Below the pieces are notes generated by a model. It was not told the DNA's origin. It was given only the letters and a program-made list of their open reading frames with translations, and ran no database searches. The translations under genes were made by a program, and so were the position numbers. 64,000 nt of DNA, from assembly GCA_043228905.1 (NCBI GenBank), contig JBHGNT010000009.1, forward strand, positions 18,910,001-18,974,000, written 5' to 3'. Position 1 is the stretch's first letter; every line of letters begins with the position of its first letter. Origin of the DNA: Azolla caroliniana. Its lineage: Eukaryota > Plantae > Polypodiophyta. Below are positions 38,817 to 51,552 of this stretch, one piece after another.

Positions 38817-39430
38817 TTAGTACTAAAACTGTGTTACGTGTTTACGAACCTAGAGATATCTAAGATAGGAGTGTTCATTCCACTCATCACTCATCTTCTC
38901 ATTGTCACATGTGCGAAAAACAAGTGTCATTGAATCATTCTTATTAAGATGAGTTGCCAAACAGTATCCAATTCACATTCTCATATCAAGTATCCTTCTT
39001 TGCCCCATTGTGTCAAGTGTTTGGAAAACATTAAACGCAACATGTTAAAAGTAAGGGACACTTATCGTTCATAGCACCCACTCTTTCCTTCTTTATATCC
39101 ACTTTTGCCTTTTCTACTGTGTGGTACACTCATAATTCATAGATTGAACATGTTAAATGCAAGTACTAATACAAAGGTTTGTTCAAGTATACATACCACG
39201 TTATGCCTATAACTCTTTTAGAGTTCATATGTATCAAAGTTAGTACAATGCATATCAAGTTAGTACTAAAACTGTGTTAAGTGTTTACTAACCTAGAGAT
39301 ATCTAAGATAGGGGTGTTCATTCCACTCATCACTCATCTTCTCAATGTCACATATGTGTGCATAACAATTCTCAATGTGATCATTCTTACTAAGACACGT
39401 TCTCAAAAGTATCAAATTCACATTCTTATT
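38817..39430. repeat. ~170-bp direct repeat (38817 and 39260)
   Basis: TTAGTACTAAAACTGTGTTA..CCTAGAGATATCTAAGATAGG..CATTCCACTCATCACTCATCTTCTCA occurs twice. Confidence 0.85.
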
Positions 39431-39797
39431 AAGTAAACCAACACAATGTCAAGAAGCAGGTAATCAAAAACTTAGCATTCGGTAATCAATTACAGACAAC
39501 GATATAAATACAATAAACTTTGGTTTTAGTTTTTCCTGGATCTTGTAATGCGCCTATTTTTTGTTTCATTCTTCTAAGATTTCACACCCTTCTTCATCTT
39601 AAAGCCACGAGGTAGTAGACTACTGAGTGACACTTCATCATCGGAGGGGCAAGCCAAGCAGAACAATGTGCTCTACTCTTCCAAGAAGATGCAGTTGATG
39701 GTATTAACATTAATCTCCTAGAAGTCATTCGACACCTCGTTCTTCAATTGGTGTTATTCCTCTTCATGGGTAGAAACGATGTTCTGGACTGACGCTT

Positions 39798-42457
39798 TGA
39801 AAAGAATTATGTGCGGAAGCTTGTAGACAAACTGGCTTAGTCGGATAACAACAGTAAATAGAAATGAAGGTTTAATGGAAGCTTAAAAATATATAAAACA
39901 CAAGAGAGACAGAGAGAGTAGAATACCATAAACTTGATTCAAACTAATAACACTTTGTACATACACTACAGAATAATTTTTATACAAGTCCTTGAAAGGA
40001 CTGACAGAAGTACTAACATGTACTTCAATGCTCATACGAGCGACTGACACTAACTCCAAGGAATATGCCTACGTACTGGGCTCGGACCGTAGGATCCAAT
40101 GGCTTACCGGTTCTCACTATTCCGTAGTACAATCTAGTTCTCCGATTTGGCTCTGGCTTATTCAGTCGATTAAGCTTGCCCGCTCAACACTCCCCTCAAG
40201 CTCAACTTGAGGTCGGATTGTTGTGTGTGTCCACCGGTCCTTTCCTCTGACTCCTCCTGGCATCTTCCTGCCTTGCTCACGCTCCTTGACCCGTTTGGTT
40301 TCGCTTCCCACGATCCGTCTGGTCTTGCGCACCTCGACCTTCTCGGTCGGCTTTTCTGCTCATAAGGCCGCTCGGTTCCTTCGGTGTCACGACTTCGGTG
40401 CTTCTCCACCCGTCGATCCCTCCATGTCGGTGTCGACTTCCGCTACTAGAGGAAGTAATAAAGGTACCCCAGGTCAAGGTTGTTAGGTACGTTAGGTACT
40501 GTATGGATACCATACGTATTTAACGTATTAATACCCATATAGTACCTCCCAATTTAAAAATACGTCAAATACGTTTTCTTAATATGTTAAATACTTATAA
40601 AATATGTAAAGTATGTAAAATACGTATTTTACGTATAGTACGTTAAATACTTCTAGAATTTGAAATTTTTTTACCTTTCTAAAAAATATCTATAATATTG
40701 TAAAAAACATCTATGTTTACACAATTTTGTGATGTACAATATAGTTCTACATCCTAAAATGCATATAAGACATTTGAACATTTCACATCCTAAAATAATT
40801 GTAGTAATATGGATGTCGACATTCCCTTATTCTATAAATCAGTGTAAGTGTGTAGATTTCTCTTTTGCGATTATCACACTCAGGACAGGTTTATGTCTTC
40901 TTTTCTCTCTTCTTCTTCTTCTTCTTCTTCTTCATCTTCTTCATCGTCGTCTCTTCTATTCTTCTTCCTTCCTTCCTTTGGCTTCTTTTTCACTAAAATC
41001 TTTATTTTTCTTTTGCTTTTTGTTAGGGTTTTACTTACATTTTCTTTATAAATACGTATTATACCTGTTTTTTTATAAATACGTTAAATACCCTATTGGA
41101 CAAATGTACATGATATTTGACTGAACAACATTGAGGTATAGTACATACTATACAAATGATGGGGTACTATACGTATTTAAACGTTAAATACGGGTACGTA
41201 AAAAACCATGCCCCAGGTCCTTCATTTCGAATGCGTCGAATAGCTGGGAGTTCACTTGGCCGATTTCAGCAAGGCCCGGTCCAGTGATGACTAGATCATC
41301 CACGTATAACAAGACACATACCGGACTTTTCGGACCTTTTCGGATGAACAACGAAGAGTCTGACTTCGAGGCCGCAAACCCCATCTTACGCAACCAATGT
41401 GTGATCCTCCAATTCCAAGCATAGGGTGCTTGCTTCAAGCTGTAAAGTGACTTCTTGAGTCAACAGACTACCGACTGAAAACCGGGGGGTTGAGGCATGT
41501 AGACCTGCTCTTCAAGATCACCTTGAAGAAACACATTCTTCACGTCCATTTGGTGAAGATGCCACCCCCTTGCTGCAACAACTACGAGCACCACACGAAC
41601 CGTCGTCATCTTTGCTACCGGAGCAAAGGTCTCATCGTAGTCGATTCCGTGGGTCTGCATGTATCTTTTGGCCACTAACTAGGCCTTGTACCGATTGATT
41701 GAACAGTTAGGATTGTACTTTACCTTGTACACCCAGTTGCAACCGATCAGTTTGCAATGTCGGGGAGGGTCAACCAAGTCCCATGTGTTGCCTGCATCTC
41801 TTCCTCCATCGTGGCATGCCAATGTGCGTCTTGTGCCGCTTCTGAGTAGCTCTTTGGCTCATGCACTTCTGCCACTTTTGTCATGTATGCATAGTGAGGC
41901 ACCATCCATACCTCTGTACGGGATTCTTCTGGTGGGTGAATCGGTGTAACTTCTCGTTAGCTGATTTCAAGGCCCTCTTGGCCAACTCAGACTTCGTTCC
42001 CAAAGGTCCATCTTCGTTCCTTCGGGAGTCAGACTCGCTCTGATCTGACTCTTCCCTGCCGGTGTCATATTCCAACATCTTCTTCTTCCCTTTCTCTTTG
42101 CGCATAAACCGTCTCTTCGGTTCCTTGTGCGGGGAAAGCACGGCTGAGCCTCCAATACTCGTTGGCTCGTCATCGGACTGGTCGGTCTGACTAAGTCGTT
42201 CGTTCATCCCACTCAATCAAAATGAAATCTGACTCTCATCTAGAGTACCGATGCCTTCTTCTTTAGCCCGGATTGTTTGCGGCTCACTGCCTCACCTTTC
42301 AGAGTCGGCTTGGAGTCAGGGGTCGGAGTTGGTAGAGAGTACAAGGATGTTGACTCATCGAACTCAACGTCTCGGCTTACTCGAATTTGTTTAGTTCGGG
42401 GGTTATAACACTTATAACCCTTCTGTTCGTGTGAGTAGCCGACTAATATGCACTTCG
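39798..42457 (-). mobile_element. Copia element, 3' half (INT end, partial RT, 3' LTR 39798-40189)
   Basis: [36 protein letters not shown]; PPT rc CTCCCCTCAAG at 40190; the LTR matches the one starting at 57028. Confidence 0.88.
40475..41210. mobile_element. Non-autonomous hAT-type element (MITE) inserted in Copia RT
   Basis: 8-bp TSD CCCCAGGT (40467-40474 and 41211-41218). Imperfect TIRs CAAGGTTGTTAGGTAC / CATGGTTTTTTACGTAC. Subterminal TACGT/ACGTA motifs. Removal restores MKDLG-YLYYFL. Confidence 0.85.
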
Positions 42458-43073
42458 ATCATCTTGAAACTTGGATTCATTTCTCGTTTCGAACATTCAC
42501 TTGTGGCATACGAGGCATCAACTGATTGATGTTGTGGGTAGAAAAAGGAAAAAAATGTATAAATACATTTTTAACACGTTCGCGTTCAGAAGTGGAAGGA
42601 TCGCGCAAAAATGGAAGGATAAGGAATATTCCTTCTAATTTTGGGGTTTAGGTACTCTATTCACAAAACATAATGATACCAGTATCACATGTTCACAAAA
42701 TACAGTTGGAAAACCTCAAAAATTCATCATTTCCTAAACTTGAAAAAACGCTAAAATTATGCTATAATCCAAATGGTACAATGCTCACTATCACCAAGAA
42801 GTCAAGAAGTAATATATTTTATAACAAACAATGTTTGTACAAAGCAATACTATTTCTAAACATAACTTTTACATCTTTCGAGTATTACAAATGGCACTCT
42901 CTTACAATAGATACCAAAATTACATTGACGAATGTAACATTTACAAAAATCACTCGTATCATGGTTCAGAGTTGCTACTATAACTAAGGTACAATGCAGA
43001 TTGTTCCTCATCATCTTCGGATGTACCTATTAAGGCATTGTCTTCATCTAAAACTAGATGTTGCAATTCCATG

Positions 43074-44534
43074 TTAGGGTGTTGACGATCTTGTTTGCCT
43101 TCGACTTGAGATCCCTTGTAGAATAGGTAATTTCTCCTTGATGATATCTATTGTAGACTTCCTGAGACGTCCAACTTTTGTTAGTGTGAAGTCGTAAACA
43201 ATAATATCTATGTCACCAATGTCAAGGCATGAAGTGCTACAAATATTTCTTTTCCTCTTTCTATTCCCCCTTGATCGTGGACATTCCATCATCTCTAATG
43301 CATACTTGTCGGTAAAGGCATTTTTTCTTTTAGTGTTGTACCAATGCACCTTTATAGACTGGATTTGGCTTTGGTTCTCATGGATCACCACATCTAAAAC
43401 CTTACCAATCCAAAATTGATGTCCCAACTCATTATCATCAGCAGGTGTAGCAATTAACATACCCACCTTCAGTTCTTGCAAGTTTCCTTGCCACCTTGTT
43501 TCTGCTATTTTCGTCAGCTTGGGTCCAACATATATGTCCCTTTGTGGTGGATGGAGCAAGCTATCATTAATCGCATTAGGTGCAAGATGAGAAGTCTGAG
43601 AATTACGACACTGTTGTATATTCCATGTGAAGGCGATTTGCACGGTCCAAGTACCAAGGACACAATTGTCAACAATATGTTCTTGATCTGTAAAGATCAC
43701 ATCCCACCATGACGTGTCTTGTTCCCCAACATACTTCTTCGCATTGTCAATGTGCTTGCGTTTTTCTTGTAGCGCTTGCATCCAAACATCCTTTTGATTA
43801 TCAACTAGTACATTGGTGACCACTTTTTTAGTCTTAATCGGCATTTGTCCTGCACCATAAACAAAAGTAGAAGGCATATGAAGTAGAAACTGACACCTGC
43901 CTTCAGGCTCCCATTCGGGGGAGGATGAATACTGCTTTGCATATAATAATGTACAACCACTATGATCATTTTTATTTATTAAGAATATGTGGTTGAAACT
44001 TATATTATTTAATGGCGCTAACACTTTGGCATTTCCCTCAGCACCATCTGAGATGTATCTCTTGAAATCATATATTTCCTTCAAGTGTTCCACGATTGGG
44101 CGTGGCATATATACATCACGAATGATGTCGAACAACTTAGGTAACGTGAAAGCATCATATCGTGATAACTGCATAGAGAAGTTACTAAACATCTGATCAC
44201 TATGGTCATGTGTGTGACCAACCAATAGAAAGTTAACTTTCACTTTCCTAAAAATTCCTTGGTTCACTAGCATACTTAGATAACCAAAGACCATAGAATT
44301 TTTGTTTTCATGAGCAATATTGTCTAGTTGAATATATAAAACCATTGGCAAAGACATAAAAACTTTTTGAATCACAGTGACTGTTAAATTAGGGTCATTG
44401 TGGACATTTGGGTGGGTAACGAAAACATGAGTCTTAACACTTCCATTATATGCTAAACAACCCACCAAGTGCATCTGCATGAGACAATCATCGTTGAATC
44501 CTTTAGGAAGACGTTTAAGATGAGGTAGACACGT
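43074..44534 (-). pseudogene. Sola1-like DDD transposase, central and C-terminal part
   Basis: LYIQLDNIAHENKN and FLLVGHTHDHSDQMFS motifs; C-terminal LKVGMLIA..FWIGKV..VHWY domain. The first ~145 aa of the listed 631-aa ORF are translated LTR. Confidence 0.8.
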
Positions 44535-45182
44535 TGTCGCGTTACTATGCGCGTGCGTGGAGAAACGAGGCGGGACCACCGGGGTCTTGAACCGAAGAGC
44601 AGGTGATAGAAGGGGAAAAGCGAAAGAGAGAGACGCCCGGTCATGTATGAGCAAAGAAACACAGGGGCGCGGCCCGTCAACACAGAAGACGCGAATGGAC
44701 ACAGAGACAGGGAGGCACAAGTGTTTGTATATTAACGAATAACAAGTACACAGCAGAACACGCGAGTGGTTACAACCGAAAGGCCGGCGAACAGATGCCG
44801 ATGCCTGTTCGTCTGCGCACAAAAAGGGGATAGGATGGAGGTGCTGCCGGAAGCACACGGGCGTTCCTCGAAGCAGCGCGAGCCTCCTGAAACCTGCAGA
44901 GAAGAGCAACAGAGAACAGACAGAGGAGAAGCATTTGGTTTTGGTCCGACAGCACTTTGTCCTCCTCAATGCGCGATCCCTTTCTCCCTGCGTCTCCCTC
45001 TCCTTTATAGCGTCAAGAAGGGAGCCGTCTCCCTCATTTACTTCCTACCTACCGAATCTAACTACCCGGATATGCCTTCGTACTTAATTCCCTATTATAT
45101 ACATTAAGGGCGCGCACACGTGAAGAGCTGGTTCATGCCTGCTATGCACCGATTGTGCCAAGGGACGGTTTTCTTCACGACA
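44535..45182 (-). repeat. 3' LTR of Gypsy
   Basis: TGTCGCG...CACGACA, adjacent to the PPT. Confidence 0.95.
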
Positions 45183-48100
45183 TCCGCCCCCACCTAACTA
45201 CGCATCCATCGGTATGCGCCAAAATTGGGTTCTGGTTAGAGAAAACTGGTCCTGGTTCCGTTTGTTCATCCATCGGTTCGTCCTCCGTTTCGGACTGTTC
45301 GTCTTCGCTGTCCAGGCCTCTTAGATCCGGTTCGTCGTCGTTGCGTTTCTTGAACGCTTTGACCCGCTTCCCTGCTACCGGCATCGCCATCCTCGTACCG
45401 TCGAGTTCCGCCAGGTGATACGTCCCGTTGTCGTTGGCGCTTGTTACCACGTAAGGCCCGAACCACCGCTTCGCAAACTTTTGTGTTGCTCGGTGCTGGT
45501 TGTCGAGGCTACTGTCGTAGACTAGCACCCAGTCGCCTTCCTCGATCTTCTTTGGTCGGAGCCGGTGCGTCCGGTCGAACCGGGCTTTGTTCTTCATCCT
45601 TGCCACCCGAAGTTTCTCTGCCGATTGTTCCACGTCCTCTGGCCTCCGCTCGAGCTGCCGTATACGCGCCACTAGCAGTTCTTCCCGACTCATTTCGTCA
45701 CTCCAGTCTACTGTCGCCCAAGAGGAGATCGTCCTTTCCATCGGCATGATCAGCTTCTGTCCGAACATGAGCTCTGACGGCATGAACCTGGTTACCGAAC
45801 TGTGCGTTGTCCGATCCGCCCACAAGGCATAGGGTAACAGTCGTGGCCAGTTCCCGACCTGTCCTTCGCACACTCAGACTAGCGCTTTGACGATTGGTCC
45901 GTGCCCGCGCTCCACCTTCCCATTTGCCTCTGGATTGTACGCTGTGGTGAGCGAGAGCTTGACCCCTAATCGGTCGAACAACTCCTCGTCCTCTTCGGCG
46001 GTCAGCCACGATCTTCCTGACGCACCCGTACCGGCATATCACGTCCTCGATCAGGAATCAACACACGGCTGCAGTCGTTTTGTTCTGTAGGGCTCGGCCT
46101 TCCACCTGGTTCGTTAGGTCCTCCCGGGCCAGCACCAGATATCGCATCTACCGTACGCCCATTGGCATCATCACCAAATCTACCATCCATTTGAAGTGGA
46201 TGGCCGGAGGGTACGTAGGGTGAAGCTCGTCCCGATGTCGGACTATGGAGTGCATCTGACAGCTCTCACAAGTTGTCACGAATTGACGCACGTCCCGGTA
46301 CAGTCCCGGCCACCAGTACTTCCCCTTTAGTTTCTCGAACGTGGCCCACGTCCCACGGTGTCCAGCCCAGGGGCTGTTGTGGTAGGCCTTCAGCAATTCC
46401 TCCCGTTCCTCCTTCATCGCCACTACTCGGAGCGGGATGCTGTTCCTCTTCTTCGGGTGCTTCCACAAGTATCCGTCTCGGAGAAAGAATCGGTACGCTT
46501 TCTTCCGGATCCGGTTGGCCTCGTCCCTTGTCCACGATGCGTCCGGCACCATTGTCCTTAAGAATCCCCCAATCTGCAGCCACTCCCCGTCGTACTTGCT
46601 CTCGTTGAAATCGTTAAGCGCCGGAGTGCTTCCCCCCTCGGTTGTTACGTAAGCCGCCTCGAAGAAGTCTACGCCGACTTCCTCGTCCTCTGAAACCATG
46701 CCGCCCTCGTCGTCGAATCGCGCCCTCGAAAGCATGTCGGCCATGGCATTGTCCTTCCCGGAAATGTGTCGTATTCCGGATCTAGGGACTTGATGTACGC
46801 TATCCACCTGAGCATTGCCAGGTCCGGGGTTGCGCATCCGGAAACCATGTCGAGAATCGGCAGGCAGTCCGTCTCGATAATCACCTCTGTCCCAATCAGA
46901 TAGCCTTTATTGGCCTTTACCGCCGAAACGATACCCCAGAGTTCGCGTTTAACCTGGGCGTATCCTCACTGCCGCTCGTTGAGGACCTTCGCGCCGAACC
47001 GGATTCGGAACCGAATGCCGTCCTCATCTTCTTGGTTGACGACCCATCCGATTCCGGTCGGACTATTATCTACCGTTATGTAGATGGGAGTGCCTTTCTC
47101 GTAGACAGCCTTTCGGAGTGCCGGAGCTGCAGCAAGAGCCTCCTTCATCTTTCGGACTGACTCCGCATGCTCGTCTCGCCACTCGAATTTTTGCCCCTTT
47201 TTCAGCAACCCGTATAGCGGCTCGGCAACGTGGGCGTAATGCGGGATCCATATGTGGTAGAGCGCGCATGCTCCCAAGAACCTCCGTACCTCTGTGACCG
47301 AGTTACAGTCGGGCTTCATAGCGGAGATGGCTTCCACCTTGGCCGGAGACGGTTTCCGGCCATATGCTCCGCATAGATGTTCGACGACCATGATCTCTGA
47401 TTGCTCGAAGGCCGATTTCTCCCCGGAGAAGGTGAGCCTCGCGTCCTCTAGCCTCTGCAGCACCCTCTCACAGTCGTCAATGTGTGTCGCCACGAATTTT
47501 CGGCCTCCGTCCGGTCCGATCGTTTCGTCCTTTTCGTCCACCGGACATCCCTTGATAGGGATGTCATCCAAGAATGGCATGGTGATGTCCGGGATACAAT
47601 CCCTCAACACCTTGTTCATCGCATTCACCATGTGGGCCACCGAGTTCGTCCCTCCTTGTGGCAGGGTACACATCCGCACTAGGCCGAGAGGAGTCCGCAT
47701 CGTCGTAATGTCTCTGCTTTCTACAACTAGTTGGAACTGATCGTACCCCAAGTACAGATCACCGACCGAGTAGATCGACCTTCCGGCGAAGACCTCCGCG
47801 AACTCGTCTATCGTTGGTCCGATTCCTGCGTTCTGAATGGTCACCCTGTTGACCGGTTGCAGGTCTTGAATGAAGCGCAACGTCCCGTTCTTCTTCGATA
47901 TGGTAAACCACCGGTTCGAGTACGGGGCACTCGACGGTTCGAGGATGCCCATATCAACTTTCTGCCTCAATAGCTCCATCAGCTCCGGGATGTGAGCTCT
48001 CGGTACCGAAATTGGTTTGAGATTCCACGGCACATGCGGTACCGTGAATATCACCATCGGCTTCACAACTGCCGGGTCTATGCACCCGATCTCTCCCGGC

Positions 48101-49627
48101 GAGAATGTGAAGGCTTTCCCGTGCCTTCCGAGCATTCTCCGAAACCGGTCTTCTTCCGCCGGCAGTAGGAACCCGCCCCCACTGATTTTGAGCTCCCGTA
48201 GCGTTCTGTCGGTGAAGGCTATGCAGGCCGGATCTCGTAAACTGGGTCCGACGCGACCCCCTTGATTCATAACTTGCTGCCCTCCGGTAAGGGTGCCGCG
48301 ACTGGCCTCACCTTCCGGTCCACAGTCTTGTACTTCGTGTTAACCCGGGCCGTCCTATCCGACTCGAGCCCTTGACTGAAGTCCGCGATGACTTCGTACA
48401 TTTCTTCGGAACAAACCGGTATCGTCCGGTCGTCTTTAAGGCCCTCTTCGACCATCCCTCGTAGTATTCCCAAGGTATCGTCGAAGGAGACCGCCTCCAC
48501 GGCTCCGTTGATTTCCTCGCTAGGCACGAGAACTCCGCGCGCCCGAAGTCGCTCTTCCGCCCTTGTCTTTTCTCGGCCTACGACGCCGACTATCGTACAC
48601 CCTCCGTTGTCGGAGAAACAAAACTTCCTACTTATGGTACAAGGTTTCTTTGATTTCGCTTCTATCGTACATTTGTGGGGTTTTCCCGGAGTGTCCGGAC
48701 TGTCGCGGCCCCACGCCTTGGCAGCCCTCTCTAAAAATCCTCTCGGTTCTCGCCACTGAGGGACTCGCGGTTTCGCTCGGGGTTGGGTCGCACCGTCAGG
48801 AACTGGACCGAATGACGCCCGTCCTGACTCTTGACCCTCGCGTAAGCCGACCCGTTGTCCAGCAGCTTGGTCTCCATTCGCGCTGCCGTAATGTACGGTT
48901 CCCCTAGTATGACCGGGTGCGAGGACGTTTCCTGCACAAAGAAGTGATGGTCTATTTCGACGTCGCCGATCTTGACTCGCACGTTTGGGCAGGCCCCGTG
49001 TAGTTCCTCGGTGGCGCGCATCGCCGCCTGTATCTTCCACCCGTGCTTAGTGTTGATCGGCCATTTCCCCATTTTGTAGAAGTCCATGGACATCAGGTTT
49101 ATTTCCGAACCGTGCTCCACCAGTGCCACCACCGGTTCCTGAACATCTCCGATCTTCACCGGGGTTTCCGTGGTCGCTCGGGCCCAGTGTGGCCTCGAAT
49201 AGTGGCTCTCCGCCCACTCGTCTTCCAGTGCCATGTCCTCTATGTGCGTCGTCCGCACTTCCACCGGCCTTTCCGGTTCTGCCTCCGTCGACAGCCTTTT
49301 CCTCTTCACCAAGTCCACGATGGAGTCATGGAACTCCTTCTTGGCGATCCTGACCACCTCCCACAATGACAGTTCCACCTTGTTGTCGAGGATTCGTTCT
49401 TCCAGGACCTTTCGTAGGTTCGTGGTCCTTTCGATCTCCGTGCCCAACCGGTATCCGCCCTTCTTGTGGCTATCCCGGGCACTGGACTCACCGGCCTCGT
49501 TCCGTTTTAGCCCGAATCGGGTTTCGTATCTCTGTGAGGGTCCGACCCCTCCGATTTTACCTACCCGTTTGTCTTCAACCAAAGCCTCATAGTTCTGGCA
49601 AGTTGCTTCGACGAAACCTGTCTTTTC

Positions 49628-50281
49628 TGTTGGGAGACAGGTCCCTCCGGATGGGAAGGGAGAAGAACAGTGCTGATGAACCGAATGAGGAGTACCCGGC
49701 TACGGAGAGCCAGATGATGCAGACCCGGTGAAGATCGGATGAGGAGTACCCGGCTACGAAGAGCCGAATGATGCAGACCCGGTGAAGACCGGATGAGGAG
49801 TACCCGGCTACGGAGAACCGGATGAAGAGACATATTCCTAAATATGTTTTCTGATAGTCCATCGAGGCTATATTTGTAAATAGCCGAAAAGTCATATTAG
49901 TATAAATATGACTTAGGGCAAACTAGTAGTTGTAGTTGTTATTTTTTCCTTGTTGGTGCAAGAAGAAGAGAGAATACGTAACGTTGTACAGAGAGAGAGA
50001 GAGAAAGAGGTCGCTGCCTCTGTTGTAACCGCCGCCTGTGGTGAAGATCGTGAGTCCGAGGTCGTTGCCTCCGTGAACTCACTGTTTTGTACATTCCTAC
50101 ATAGTGACAGTTTGCAGCCTGTGGGCTGCCGTGGTTTTTTCCCCTATTTTGGGGTTTTCCACGTAAACCTCCTGTGTATTTTCTTCTTCTTTGTGTCGCG
50201 TCTAATTTCCCGTTTTCTGTGTATCATTCTAAGCTCGGTTGTGGCTGAGCGTTGCGCATAAGGAACGGACAGTTCCCATCA
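49628..50281 (+). mobile_element. Copia solo LTR (relative of the 32211 family) inside Gypsy gag
   Basis: TGTTGGGA...TCCCATCA with TSD TTTTC; 54-bp U3 repeats; removal restores DPVEEK|TGFVEATCQNYE. Confidence 0.92.
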
Positions 50282-51552
50282 TTTTCTTCGACCGGGTCAC
50301 TCCACCCGGTTACCTCCTGGACCCGCTTCTCCGCGCGGTCCGCCTCGTCTCTCTTCAGTCGGGCACCGGCGAGGCCTTCCAGCACCGTCGGCCAGAACTC
50401 GGCTTTGCTCTCCTTCCGGGCCCCGCTGCCCCCGACCCGAATACCGGCTGACGCCGAGTAGTGGACGGTCTCCGCGTGTCGGGCTGCCGCCTCTTCCATC
50501 AGCCTTTTCATTCCTCCTCTCTCGTCATTTCGGTTCAGGGCCCTCCGGGTATTGCTGGCGTGCACCCGACCTTCCCACAGGTACACTACCCGGGTTCTCA
50601 AAGCCTCCATAAAGTCCCCGTAGTCTTTCCGGATGTGGCCGACCTCGTCGCACCACATGCACCTACTTCCTACCGAAGGTCGTTGGTCACGAGCCTGATC
50701 GCCGCCTTCCCTCCGAGCCTGGGCGATCTGGAGATCCTTTACCGCTCGGATAAACTCCTCCAGAGCTGTTCCCCCGGACGAGCCTCTGATCACGCCGGTC
50801 GAAGACGAACAGGTTTCGAGCCACTCCCGGGTCTCTTCCCTTCGCGCCTGCGGTATCGGTTCGAGCTTCGTTGCTGCGACAGGTCCCGCCTCGGTCGCCT
50901 CTGTATCAGCCCACTCCCACCAATTGTCAAAACGGCCGTAGACTCTCTTTACAGCGTCCCAGTCGGTCGTCAGCCAGTCTTTGGTTTCCAGTAAGGAGCC
51001 AACTTGCCCCCGATCCCGTGCGTCAACCGATTTGACAAACAGTAGGACACGACTTGTGTCCAGAACGGTCCGATCGAGCGCCGAAAGGCGCGCAAAGCGT
51101 TCCTCAAACTCCCGGAGGAGTACCGACGCATTTCTTCCTTTGTTGGGGGACTCCACCCACTCCATGAAGCTCCGCTTCGAAAGTCGAAGCGCGTCATCCA
51201 ACCCGTATTTCTCCAGGAGCCGTCCTTCGAACTCTTCCCAGGTCCGGCTCTCCGCCCGGACCTCGAGCACCTCCGCATGGATGCCCGGCATCGCCACTCG
51301 AGGGAATCCGGCAAGACGCCTCTCTTCCGGAATATCCCTCATCAACATCTCCGCCCGGTAGGACACCAAATAACTCGTGGCATCCTTTCCACTGAACCGG
51401 CCGATCATACCGATCAATAGCCCTGTCAAGGGCGCCGGTGCCGTCGCGCGCGCTCACTATCCGGTCCACGGCCGAAGCCATGGCCTCTGCAAGATCCGAC
51501 CCCCTCATCTTCTACTCCTCTGCCACCTGTTTCACGTCGAGTTCACGAAATA

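Noticed and set aside
42638-42655. Telomere-like GGGTTTAGG, with similar motifs at ~52862 and ~54862
   Set aside because: Single telo-box-like motifs are common in plant DNA; no tandem array.
43074-44969. 631-aa ORF as an intact novel gene
   Set aside because: Its N-terminus is translated Gypsy LTR (44535-44969); the real upstream part lies at 52201-52365 and has stops.
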